Under the pieces are notes generated by a model that saw only the letters and a program-made list of their open reading frames with translations, searched no databases and was not told the DNA's origin. Made by a program: the position numbers and the translations under genes. A stretch of 26,734 bases of DNA, taken from a bacterium (GTDB lineage: Bacteria > Hydrothermota > Tepidihabitantia > Tepidihabitantales > Tepidihabitantaceae). The stretch spans positions 1 through 26,734 of the forward strand of contig JAWOHE010000035.1 of NCBI GenBank assembly GCA_046485285.1. The letters are read 5' to 3'. This document shows positions 1 through 6,772 of the stretch, piece by piece (within the stretch, counting starts at the first letter, position 1; the number at the start of each line of letters is the position of its first letter).

Positions 1-230
1 TGTACCAGTTGGAGACCTCGGTGCGGCAGGTGCTGAACCAGGCCGGGGCGCAGGTCATCTCGTTCCCGGGCTATTTCGCCTACGCGCGGCAGTTGTGGAA
101 GCTGACGAACCGGGTGACCGGCGACGCGGCCGCGCTGGCCGCGGCGCAGATCGGCGCGAAGTGGCAGGCGCGCGGGCTGGACCCGGCGGTGCTGGCGCGG
201 GTCCGGTACGAGGTGTTCAGTCTCAGGTAG
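1..230 (+). CDS. 5'-truncated small alpha-helical protein; possible SIRV2-like (Adnaviria) major capsid / DNA-coating protein homologue
   Basis: Frame open from the window edge: YQLETSVRQVLNQAGAQVISFPGYFAYARQLWKLTNRVTGDAAALAAAQIGAKWQARGLDPAVLARVRYEVFSLR*, with GC-rich third codon positions. The helix pattern (V-x-x-V-L-x-x-x-G ... Y-x-x-(Y/F)-(A/G) ... N-R ... (D/N)-P-x-V-L) matches my recollection of the rudivirus coat four-helix bundle. The CDS is secure; the family call is by eye. Confidence 0.6.
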   Translation, partial: YQLETSVRQVLNQAGAQVISFPGYFAYARQLWKLTNRVTGDAAALAAAQIGAKWQARGLDPAVLARVRYEVFSLR

Positions 231-380
231 GCGGAGCGGCGAATCGCCGGCCGGTCTTGACCCGGGGGCGCTATTGGAGTGCGGTCGTTCGCGCTTCTCG
301 CCTGTCCCCTGCCTGCCGCCCATTCCCGGGCAACCGGCCCTGCCGGGCCGGCCGGACAGAGCCGGGCCGCGGCCCGTGCG

Positions 381-1193
381 CTAGTGCCGGATGAGCCTGA
401 GCCCGGGGACGAGCTGGAACCAGCTCCGGAGCCGGACCTGGCCGGTGAGCGTGTTGACCTCCGTCACCTTGACCATCGCGTAGTGGCCGTCCTCGGTCCG
501 GCATCCGAGCGCGAGCCCGGGGTGAACGACCCGGGCGGTCTGGTAGACAATGTCGCTGTACCTCGGGAGCGGCGCGCGCTCGTCGGGCAGTTCGGCGGTG
601 AACCGGCTCATGCGCCACGGCGCTTGGGGGACCTCGCCGGACGGGTCGCTCGGGCCGTAGGTCGGGCTGGCGATCGAGTAGGCCGGGCCGGCGTAGCCGA
701 GCGCGAAGTCGGTGACGTAGAAGTCGACCGCGTCCGCGCTCTCGTCCTGGCGCATCGGGTAGCTCAGCCCCGCGCCGGTCGCCCGGTCCCAGCCGAAGCC
801 GGAGTTGCCGGCGAGGCTGAACTCGACGACGAGGTCCTCGGGCGTCTCGACCGGGACGGTCGTGAGCGTCTCCGGGGCGTAGTACTCGTCCGCCGCGAAC
901 TGGGCCGTGACCCGGTACCAGCCGGTCATCCCGGCCGGGTCGTGGGTGAAGTCGGTCTCGACCGTCTCCTTGACCCGGAGGTAGGGCCCGGTGCCGACCT
1001 GACGGAAGTAGACGAAGTACTGGTCCGGCGTGCCGGCATCGGGCTCGTCCCAGGCGAGCGCGACCGTGCTGTCGGTGGCGGCGACGAGCGTGAGGTTGCG
1101 GGGCACGCCGCCGACCCGGCCCGAGCAGGCGAGCCAGCCGCCGGCGAGGAGCGCGGCGGCGAGCCCGGCGACGAGAGCGTGTCTGGTTGGCAA
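381..1193 (-). CDS. Lipoprotein, N-terminal FN3-like domain plus conserved beta-rich C-terminal domain (paralogue 3)
   Basis: AGGAGGA RBS before TTG; hydrophobic signal ending in lipobox-like WLAC; FN3-like 'PRNLTLVAATDSTVALAWDEP...Y'; ends 'YAMVKV...WFQLVPGLRLIRH'. Confidence 0.8.
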   Translation of the reverse strand: MPTRHALVAGLAAALLAGGWLACSGRVGGVPRNLTLVAATDSTVALAWDEPDAGTPDQYFVYFRQVGTGPYLRVKETVETDFTHDPAGMTGWYRVTAQFAADEYYAPETLTTVPVETPEDLVVEFSLAGNSGFGWDRATGAGLSYPMRQDESADAVDFYVTDFALGYAGPAYSIASPTYGPSDPSGEVPQAPWRMSRFTAELPDERAPLPRYSDIVYQTARVVHPGLALGCRTEDGHYAMVKVTEVNTLTGQVRLRSWFQLVPGLRLIRH

Positions 1194-1202
1194 CAGTCCT
1201 CC

Positions 1203-2027
1203 TCAGTGGCTGATAAGGCGCAGACCCGGCACGGCCTGGAACCAGGCGACGAGCCGGGCGTAGCCGGTATCGGTGTTCACCTTGACGACCTTGACGAGCG
1301 CGAAGTAGCCGCCGGCGAGGTAGCAGGCGGCGTTGAACGGGACGTCGTTGATGTCGGTGTAGTCGAAGTAGAGCGACTCGGCGACCGCGGGCAGGACCGC
1401 CTGTTCGTCGGCGCGGTGGTCGGAGTAGTAGCCCGCTCTCCAGGCCGCGTCGGGAATGACGCCGGCCGCGCCCTGGTCCTTGCCGCGCGAGGTCGGGCTG
1501 AAGAGCGTGTAGGGCCGGGAGTTCGAGCCGCTCCGCGTGTCGGTCAGGTAGAAGTCGACCTTGTCGGCATTGCCGGCGACCCGCATGTCGTAGCTGGTGC
1601 CCTGCCCGGTCGTCCGGCTGAAGCCGAACCCGGCCCGCCCGCTGGTGACGTTGAGTTCGTTGATGCGGACCGTGTCGGTGAAGACCGGCACCGTGCTCGG
1701 CCGCTCGGGCGCGGAGTAGCGGTCGGCGCCGAAGTGCGCCTCGACCCGGTAGCTGCCGGTTCGGCCCTGCGGGTCGTGCCGGCACGCGGTCGCGACCGTG
1801 TCCCCGGCATGCTCTTCGACTCCGCCCAGCGGCGTGAAGTGGATTGAGTACAGGTCGGCCGGGCCTTCGGTCGGCTGGGTCCATAGCACGATGACCGCGG
1901 CGCCGGTCGAGTCCGCCTGGACCTGGACGCTGCCGGGCGGACCGCCGAGCACCCCGCAGGACGAGAGCGCGGCGACCATCGCCAGGGCCCCGGCCCCGGC
2001 CGCGAGCGCGGACAGACAGCGATTCAT
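1203..2027 (-). CDS. Lipoprotein, FN3-like plus conserved C-terminal domain (paralogue 2)
   Basis: CAGGAGGA RBS before ATG; lipobox LSSC; collinear with 381..1193 (HDPxGxTGxYRV, TVPVxT, GFGxxRxTGxGxSY, VDFYxTD, WFQxVPGLRLIxH). Confidence 0.8.
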   Translation of the reverse strand: MNRCLSALAAGAGALAMVAALSSCGVLGGPPGSVQVQADSTGAAVIVLWTQPTEGPADLYSIHFTPLGGVEEHAGDTVATACRHDPQGRTGSYRVEAHFGADRYSAPERPSTVPVFTDTVRINELNVTSGRAGFGFSRTTGQGTSYDMRVAGNADKVDFYLTDTRSGSNSRPYTLFSPTSRGKDQGAAGVIPDAAWRAGYYSDHRADEQAVLPAVAESLYFDYTDINDVPFNAACYLAGGYFALVKVVKVNTDTGYARLVAWFQAVPGLRLISH

Positions 2028-2068
2028 CGATTCCTCCTGTCAGCGGGCCTCGAGCGACTCACCCTTGA

Positions 2069-2096
2069 AGGGTAGTCCCCGCCGGCCGGGAGTCAA
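2069..2096 (-). promoter_or_regulatory. Sigma70-like promoter for 1203..2027
   Basis: Minus strand TTGACT-N16-TACCCT, located just downstream of the upstream gene's terminator hairpin. Confidence 0.5.
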
Positions 2097-2110
2097 GCGA
2101 CCAAGAAGCG

Positions 2111-2140
2111 GAACCCGGGGAGCCGAGGCTCCCCGGGTTC
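2111..2140 (-). terminator. Intrinsic terminator hairpin after 2157..2924
   Basis: GAACCCGGGGAGC-CGAG-GCTCCCCGGGTTC, a perfect 13-bp stem, followed on the minus strand by CGCTTCTT. Confidence 0.7.
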
Positions 2141-2156
2141 GGGAATCGGTTCGAGG

Positions 2157-2924
2157 CTAGTTGGTCTTGACCCAGACCAGGCCCGGCACCTTCTGGTAGG
2201 CGAGCTTGAGCGTCACCTTGGCACCGGACATCGAAACGACCTTGATCTTGCCGAAGTGGTCGCTGGCGTCCCAGCCGTTGGCGTTCGGGTCGAGCCAGAA
2301 GTAGTAGAGGCCGCCTTCGACGCAGGACAGCGCGGTGAAGAAGTCACCGGTCGCGAGCGTCGCCGCGTCGAAATCGGTGCCCGACGCCGTGGCAACGGCG
2401 TTGTCCTTGTCATTGAAGACCGGGTTGTAGCGGTTCGGGCTGTAGAAGTACATCGAACCCTGGGCAATGTCGTCCATCACGAAGTCGAGCTTCGGGTAGT
2501 CCGCCGCGTTTGCCAGCGCGTAGGCGACCGCGGCGCCTTCGGCCGTGAAGCCAAAGGCACTCGGGTGGTCCGGGCTCGGGTCGCTGTTGCCCCAGACATC
2601 AAGCGTGGTAGTGACGACCGCGGTCGTGTTCAGGGTCCACTTGTTGCTCTCCGAGGCGCCGCTGTAGGCGAAGACCGAGATTGTCTTGGTCGGCGAGGTC
2701 ACGTCGAAAGTCGTCGCGGTGGTCGTGAAGGTGCTGTCGTCGGTCTGGACCTTGTAGCCCTGCGCGTCGGCCACCGGCGCCCAGGTCAGCCGGAGCTGGG
2801 TCCCGCCGCTGATCGCGGAGTAGGTCACGTTCGGGGTGGTCAGGTCGGTGATGAGCTCGTCGCAGGAGGCGCCGACAAGCACCATCCCGAGCGCGAGTGT
2901 CACCAGCAGTACTGCTCTCTTCAT
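2157..2924 (-). CDS. Lipoprotein, divergent paralogue 1 of the same family
   Basis: AAGGAG 5 nt before ATG at 2924; lipobox GASC; 'LRLTWAPVADAQGYKV' FN3-like strand pattern; 'SAFGF', 'LDFVMD', 'FGKIKVV...AYQKVPGL' match the other two paralogues. Confidence 0.8.
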   Translation of the reverse strand: MKRAVLLVTLALGMVLVGASCDELITDLTTPNVTYSAISGGTQLRLTWAPVADAQGYKVQTDDSTFTTTATTFDVTSPTKTISVFAYSGASESNKWTLNTTAVVTTTLDVWGNSDPSPDHPSAFGFTAEGAAVAYALANAADYPKLDFVMDDIAQGSMYFYSPNRYNPVFNDKDNAVATASGTDFDAATLATGDFFTALSCVEGGLYYFWLDPNANGWDASDHFGKIKVVSMSGAKVTLKLAYQKVPGLVWVKTN

Positions 2925-2933
2925 TGTCACTCC

Positions 2934-3215
2934 TTACTTCGGCGAGGTCTTCTTGGTCGGCGGCAGCGCCTCGCGGGCGCCGGTCGTGGTCTTGCCGCCC
3001 GAGGTCGTCGTCTTCTTGGCAAGCAGCTCGGTCACTACCGTCTGGAGCGAATCCCGCTCCGTGGTCAGCCGTTGCATCGTGCCTTCGAGTTCGGTGATCT
3101 TCATCTGAGCATCGGCAACCTGCTTCTGCAGGTCGGTGATCTGCTGGGGGTTGGGGCAGCCTGCCACGACAAGCAGCAGGGCTGCAACCGCGAACCCGGC
3201 GACTAGCTTTCTCAT
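2934..3215 (-). CDS. Small coiled-coil lipoprotein (93 aa) with Lys/Thr-rich tail ending in Lys
   Basis: GGAGGA RBS before ATG at 3215; MRKLVAGFAVAALLLVVAGC lipobox; heptad pattern ITDLQKQVADAQMKITELEGTMQRLTTERDSLQTVVTELL. Confidence 0.8.
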   Translation of the reverse strand: MRKLVAGFAVAALLLVVAGCPNPQQITDLQKQVADAQMKITELEGTMQRLTTERDSLQTVVTELLAKKTTTSGGKTTTGAREALPPTKKTSPK

Positions 3216-3316
3216 AAGGTCCTCCGTCGAGCTTTTCTCTGGGTCCTTCCTGTACACCAGGGCGCGACCCACAGCCACCCTGATGCTACACCTGCCTATG
3301 TAGTTCAAGCGTCTAC

Positions 3317-3344
3317 ATTGTAGCGTTGGCCTCCTCGCTGTCAA
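3317..3344 (-). promoter_or_regulatory. Sigma70-like promoter for the lipoprotein operon
   Basis: Minus strand TTGACA-N16-TACAAT, near consensus. Confidence 0.7.
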
Positions 3345-3416
3345 GACCGCGCCACCTCGTGAGTCGGCAACACCTGCATCGTCGGTGAGATACGCCGACC
3401 GGTCCGGTCCGGTGGG

Positions 3417-3782
3417 CTAGATGACCAGCAGGTTGCCAAGCGGCATCATCGACCACATCGGCGGCCCCTCGCGGCACTCTTTCGGGTCGCAGCCCGGTGG
3501 CAGGTCCGGGGCCGGGAGGTTCCGGTACGGCACGGGCGGGATGTCGACCATCGGCAGTTTCAGCCCGTCGATTCGCGCGCCTTCGGAGAAGCCCGCGACC
3601 ATCCCCATCCGGTCGCGCAGGACGAATGAGCGGTAGAAGCCGCGGTGCTGGCCGCGGAGGTCGTAGACCGCATCGCCGACGAGAAACCCGCGCGGCCGGC
3701 CCTGGTAGTCATAGAAGACGAGGTCGCAGATTCGATAATGCGAACGCCCGTGCTTGTCGTAGACCGGTACTTCGCCCGTCAA
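3417..3782 (-). CDS. Hypothetical protein with short beta-hairpin repeats (4-fold beta-flower-like) and a Pro-rich tail
   Basis: CAGGAGG RBS before TTG at 3782; four repeats VYDKHGR / FYDYQGR / VYDLRGQ / LRDRMGM, then a PPVP-rich segment and 'WS' near the end. Confidence 0.7.
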   Translation of the reverse strand: MTGEVPVYDKHGRSHYRICDLVFYDYQGRPRGFLVGDAVYDLRGQHRGFYRSFVLRDRMGMVAGFSEGARIDGLKLPMVDIPPVPYRNLPAPDLPPGCDPKECREGPPMWSMMPLGNLLVI

Positions 3783-3875
3783 GAACGCCTCCTGTCTGAC
3801 CTGCCGGAACGGCCGCTGGGCGCCCCGCCGGAATGCGCTCCCGGGGCACAGAACCCATCGGCAGATACGGTGGAG

Positions 3876-3943
3876 ATTATAGCGCAACCCCTGCCACCCG
3901 GTCAAGCCCCGCGTCTTGACAACCCGCCCGGCAACCATATTCT
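3876..3943. promoter_or_regulatory. Back-to-back divergent sigma70-like promoters
   Basis: Minus strand TTGACC(3905-3900)-N18-TATAAT(3881-3876); plus strand TTGACA(3916-3921)-N16-TATTCT(3938-3943). Confidence 0.6.
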
Positions 3944-3983
3944 CACCCGATGAGTCGGCTCGAGCCGTCGAAAGGAGGCCCTG

Positions 3984-4190
3984 GTGAAGACATTCACCGT
4001 CTACCTCGATACCCATACCGGGCGCACGCAGGTCACCGTCGAAGCCGACGTCTTCACGGTCAAGACCGACGTCTTTGAGTTCCAGCGCGGCGGCGTCACC
4101 GTCGCGGTCTTCGCCCGCGAGAAGACCTTCGGCTTCGTCGAGGAGAAGCTGGCCGCCGAACAGGGCCCGGGACTCGGCCCCGGGGTCTGA
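3984..4190 (+). CDS. Small hypothetical beta-rich protein (68 aa)
   Basis: AAGGAGG RBS before GTG, own promoter, GC-rich third positions, terminator downstream. Confidence 0.7.
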   Translation: MKTFTVYLDTHTGRTQVTVEADVFTVKTDVFEFQRGGVTVAVFAREKTFGFVEEKLAAEQGPGLGPGV

Positions 4191-4220
4191 CCCGGCAGCG
4201 CCACCCGGTCCGGCAAAGCG

Positions 4221-4248
4221 GCGCGGGACGCCCGAGGGCGTCCCGCGC
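4221..4248. terminator. Hairpin between convergent genes (probable bidirectional terminator)
   Basis: GCGCGGGACGCC-CGAG-GGCGTCCCGCGC, a perfect 12-bp stem between the stops at 4190 (+) and 4265 (-). Confidence 0.7.
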
Positions 4249-4264
4249 GAGTATCCGGGCAGTG

Positions 4265-6022
4265 TCAGTTGGTAAGCAGGAGCTTGCCGGTGACCGTCTC
4301 GCGGTCAAGCACCAGCTTGTAGAGGTAAACGCCCGCGGCCACGTTCCGGCCCTGGTCGTCGCGACCGTCCCAGCTCGTGCTGTACTGGCCGGCCGCCAGC
4401 CGGCCCCGGGCCAGCACGCGCACCGGCCGGCCCGCGGCGTCGTAGACCGCCAGCGATACCTGACCGGCCCGCGGCAGGGCATAGCTCACCCGCGCGGCGC
4501 GGGCGAACGGGTTGGGGCTCGCGCTCGCGGCCAGCGCGTGGGGTTTGACGGCCCCCTGCTCCTTGACCGCGCCGCCGTAAGGGTTCTCCCACTTCTGGAC
4601 GACGACCGGGTTGTTGGTCGCCGGCCCCTCGGCGTAGAGGTAGAAGCCGCAGTGCTGGTCAATGAGGTAGGCGACCGCGACCGTATCGGTGATCCAGTCG
4701 AGGATTGACGGGAAGCGGTGCGTGACCGTGCCGCCGTCGGTTATCTTCACCGCCTCGGCCCAGGTCTGGCCGTTGTCGCTCGAGTGCGAGTAGAAGATGT
4801 CGGCGCGCAGGCGCTCGGGCGGGCCGATCTCGACGTTGGCCGAGTCAAACTGCTCCCAGGCCACGAACAGGTTGCCGTTGGCGTCGGTGCCCAGCGAGGG
4901 CCGGCAGGCGTAGCTCGCGTTGTAGCCGACCGCCGCCCCGAGGTTGTTCGGGTCGCAGCCCGCCCAGTGGATCATCGACCAGTTCGGCGAGTTCTGCGCC
5001 GACCAGTGCCAGATCTGGGCCGGGATGATGTAGCCCTGCCCGCCGACGAACGGCATCACGTTCGCCGCGACGTGGAGGTTGTCATCCTTGTCGTAGAACG
5101 GGTGAAGCGAGGTGATGTGGAACGAGGTCAGCGAGTCGCCGCCGTAGGCGTCCGGCCACGGCAGCTCCTCGGGGTTCTGCCAGCTCGAGCCGCCGTCGGT
5201 CGAGATCCGGTAGAAGCCGGGGTTCGGGCTCGTCGCGCCGTCCGGCGAGTTCACCCAGGTGATGCAGACCTTCTGGCTCAGCTTGCTGGCCGCGATGTTC
5301 TGGTTCGGGAACAGCGGGTCGGGCTGGGGCGCGGGAACGCCGACCGGGCTCGAGAAGGTGCACCACGGGTCGACCTTGCTGTAGAAGAGCAGGTCCGCCG
5401 ACGCCTCGTCGATAAGCGTCACGTGTGGAGTCCCGGTCGACCCGACCGAGAAGTACGGCCACTGGTAGGCCTCGCAGTTCGGCGAGCCGTCGCAGTATTC
5501 GAAGAGCCCGCCGCCCGGCGCCATGTCCCGGGCAATGACCGGCCGGATCGGGGTGTTGTTGTGCGCCGAGATGAACGCCACCCCGGTCGCCGGGTCGGCG
5601 TCCATGTTGCCGAACCCGCTCCGGACCGTGTAGACGTTCACGCCCGACTGCATGAAGTCCGGGTCAGCCCAGTTCCACACGCGGGCCGAGTAGTCGTAGA
5701 AGTTGTAGCGCATGTTCCGGTCCGGGAACGTCGTCTGGTCCGAGGCCGAGAACATCCACGCAACGTGAATCCCGTGTTCCGGCGAGTTTATCAACTGGCG
5801 GTAGGCCGGGCCGTTCGACTGCCAGTCGTAGGTCGTCCCGCCAACGGTGTCCACGATCCCGATGACGAAACCGCCGTCGACCCCGGGCCGGTGGGCCGGC
5901 CGGGTAATGGCCCCGGAAGATTGGCTCCCGCCGTCCTCCTGCGGCAGCACGGTCATCGGCTGCAGCGCCGACGCCAGCACCATCGCCGGCATCAGCATCG
6001 CGAGCGATACGATACTTCGCAC
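4265..6022 (-). CDS. Secreted Asp-box (BNR) beta-propeller protein with C-terminal FlgD-Ig / T9SS-type sorting domain
   Basis: Signal peptide; Asp-boxes STDGGSSW and SSDNGQTW; tail 'PNPF...VSLAVYDAAGRPVRVL...WDGRDDQGRNVAAGVYLYKL...KLLL'; GGAGGA RBS. Confidence 0.85.
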   Translation of the reverse strand: MRSIVSLAMLMPAMVLASALQPMTVLPQEDGGSQSSGAITRPAHRPGVDGGFVIGIVDTVGGTTYDWQSNGPAYRQLINSPEHGIHVAWMFSASDQTTFPDRNMRYNFYDYSARVWNWADPDFMQSGVNVYTVRSGFGNMDADPATGVAFISAHNNTPIRPVIARDMAPGGGLFEYCDGSPNCEAYQWPYFSVGSTGTPHVTLIDEASADLLFYSKVDPWCTFSSPVGVPAPQPDPLFPNQNIAASKLSQKVCITWVNSPDGATSPNPGFYRISTDGGSSWQNPEELPWPDAYGGDSLTSFHITSLHPFYDKDDNLHVAANVMPFVGGQGYIIPAQIWHWSAQNSPNWSMIHWAGCDPNNLGAAVGYNASYACRPSLGTDANGNLFVAWEQFDSANVEIGPPERLRADIFYSHSSDNGQTWAEAVKITDGGTVTHRFPSILDWITDTVAVAYLIDQHCGFYLYAEGPATNNPVVVQKWENPYGGAVKEQGAVKPHALAASASPNPFARAARVSYALPRAGQVSLAVYDAAGRPVRVLARGRLAAGQYSTSWDGRDDQGRNVAAGVYLYKLVLDRETVTGKLLLTN

Positions 6023-6082
6023 TAGGTCCTCCTTTCGGGCTTTCGCTTGTCCTCTCGGACCTCGCGGTCCGCTGATGACCCA

Positions 6083-6110
6083 ATCTTAGAGCCCCATCCG
6101 GCCAAGTCAA
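6083..6110 (-). promoter_or_regulatory. Sigma70-like promoter for 4265..6022
   Basis: Minus strand TTGACT-N16-TAAGAT. Confidence 0.6.
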
Positions 6111-6210
6111 CGCCCGGCACCGGGCCGGGCATCGCAAGGCGGTCCAAGTGTGACTCCCGTCGGGCGGTGATGACAGACGGCTCCCGGACGGCGAAACTGC
6201 TCCTGTCGGG

Positions 6211-6678
6211 CTATTCCCCGGCAGGAGCCCGAAGGGGGCGCAATCCGTTCTTTTTGTCGTTCGCCACCCGGGAGCCAGAATCAACAAGGTCCGAGATGCT
6301 CAGCGCCGCAAGGTACGATTCCGTCGCCCGCGCCAGCCCTCCCCAGACATCGCGTACCGGGCAGGCGGTCGCCCGGCCGCAGGCAGTGCAGTCCTCACCC
6401 AGGCACGGGGCGAGTTCGACCGGTTCCCCGCTCGCAAGGAAGACATCCCTGACGGTCAGCTCGTCTGCCGACCGCGCCAGCAGATAGCCGCCGCCCGGCC
6501 CCCGGCGCGACTCGACCACCCCTGCCTCGCCGAGTGCCACGAGCAGGCGCTCGAGGTAGCCCGCCGAGATGCCCTGCCTGAGCGCGACATCGGCAGCGCG
6601 CACTGGCTTCTCCCGCCCATTCGTGGCGATATCAAGAACAGCCCTCAGGGCGTAGCGGGCGCGCGTGGTCACGTTCAC
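6211..6678 (-). CDS. Rrf2 family transcriptional regulator (IscR/CymR-like, Cys-containing)
   Basis: 'TTRARYALRAVLDIA', HTH 'ISAGYLERLLVAL', wing 'VESRRGPGGGYLLAR', Cys cluster CLGEDCTACGRATACP; GTG start at 6678. Confidence 0.92.
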   Translation of the reverse strand: MNVTTRARYALRAVLDIATNGREKPVRAADVALRQGISAGYLERLLVALGEAGVVESRRGPGGGYLLARSADELTVRDVFLASGEPVELAPCLGEDCTACGRATACPVRDVWGGLARATESYLAALSISDLVDSGSRVANDKKNGLRPLRAPAGE

Positions 6679-6685
6679 TGGTAGT

Positions 6686-6714
6686 ATCTTACCAGAATGG
6701 TAAGTTATTGTCAA
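6686..6714 (-). promoter_or_regulatory. Rrf2 promoter with overlapping palindromic operator
   Basis: TTGACA-N17-TAAGAT with extended -10 TG; perfect inverted repeat CTTACCA-GAA-TGGTAAG at 6688-6704. Confidence 0.75.
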
Positions 6715-6726
6715 GCGTCAAGGCGA

Positions 6727-6754
6727 GCCCGGGGGTGGCGCAGCACCCCCGGGC
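6727..6754 (-). terminator. Terminator-like hairpin after the large S8 protease
   Basis: GCCCGGGGGTG-N6-CACCCCCGGGC, an 11-bp stem about 20 nt past the stop at 6773. Confidence 0.6.
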
Positions 6755-6772
6755 CAGCAAAGCGGACTCGGC

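Noticed and set aside
271-1884. Long alternative ORFs 271..1884 (-) and 279..1847 (+)
   Set aside because: Arg/Pro/Gly-rich shadow frames of the two real lipoprotein genes, expected at this GC content.
2934-4016. Extended N-termini of ORFs 2934..3344 and 3417..4016
   Set aside because: The extensions run through promoter regions; RBS-supported starts are at 3215 and 3782.
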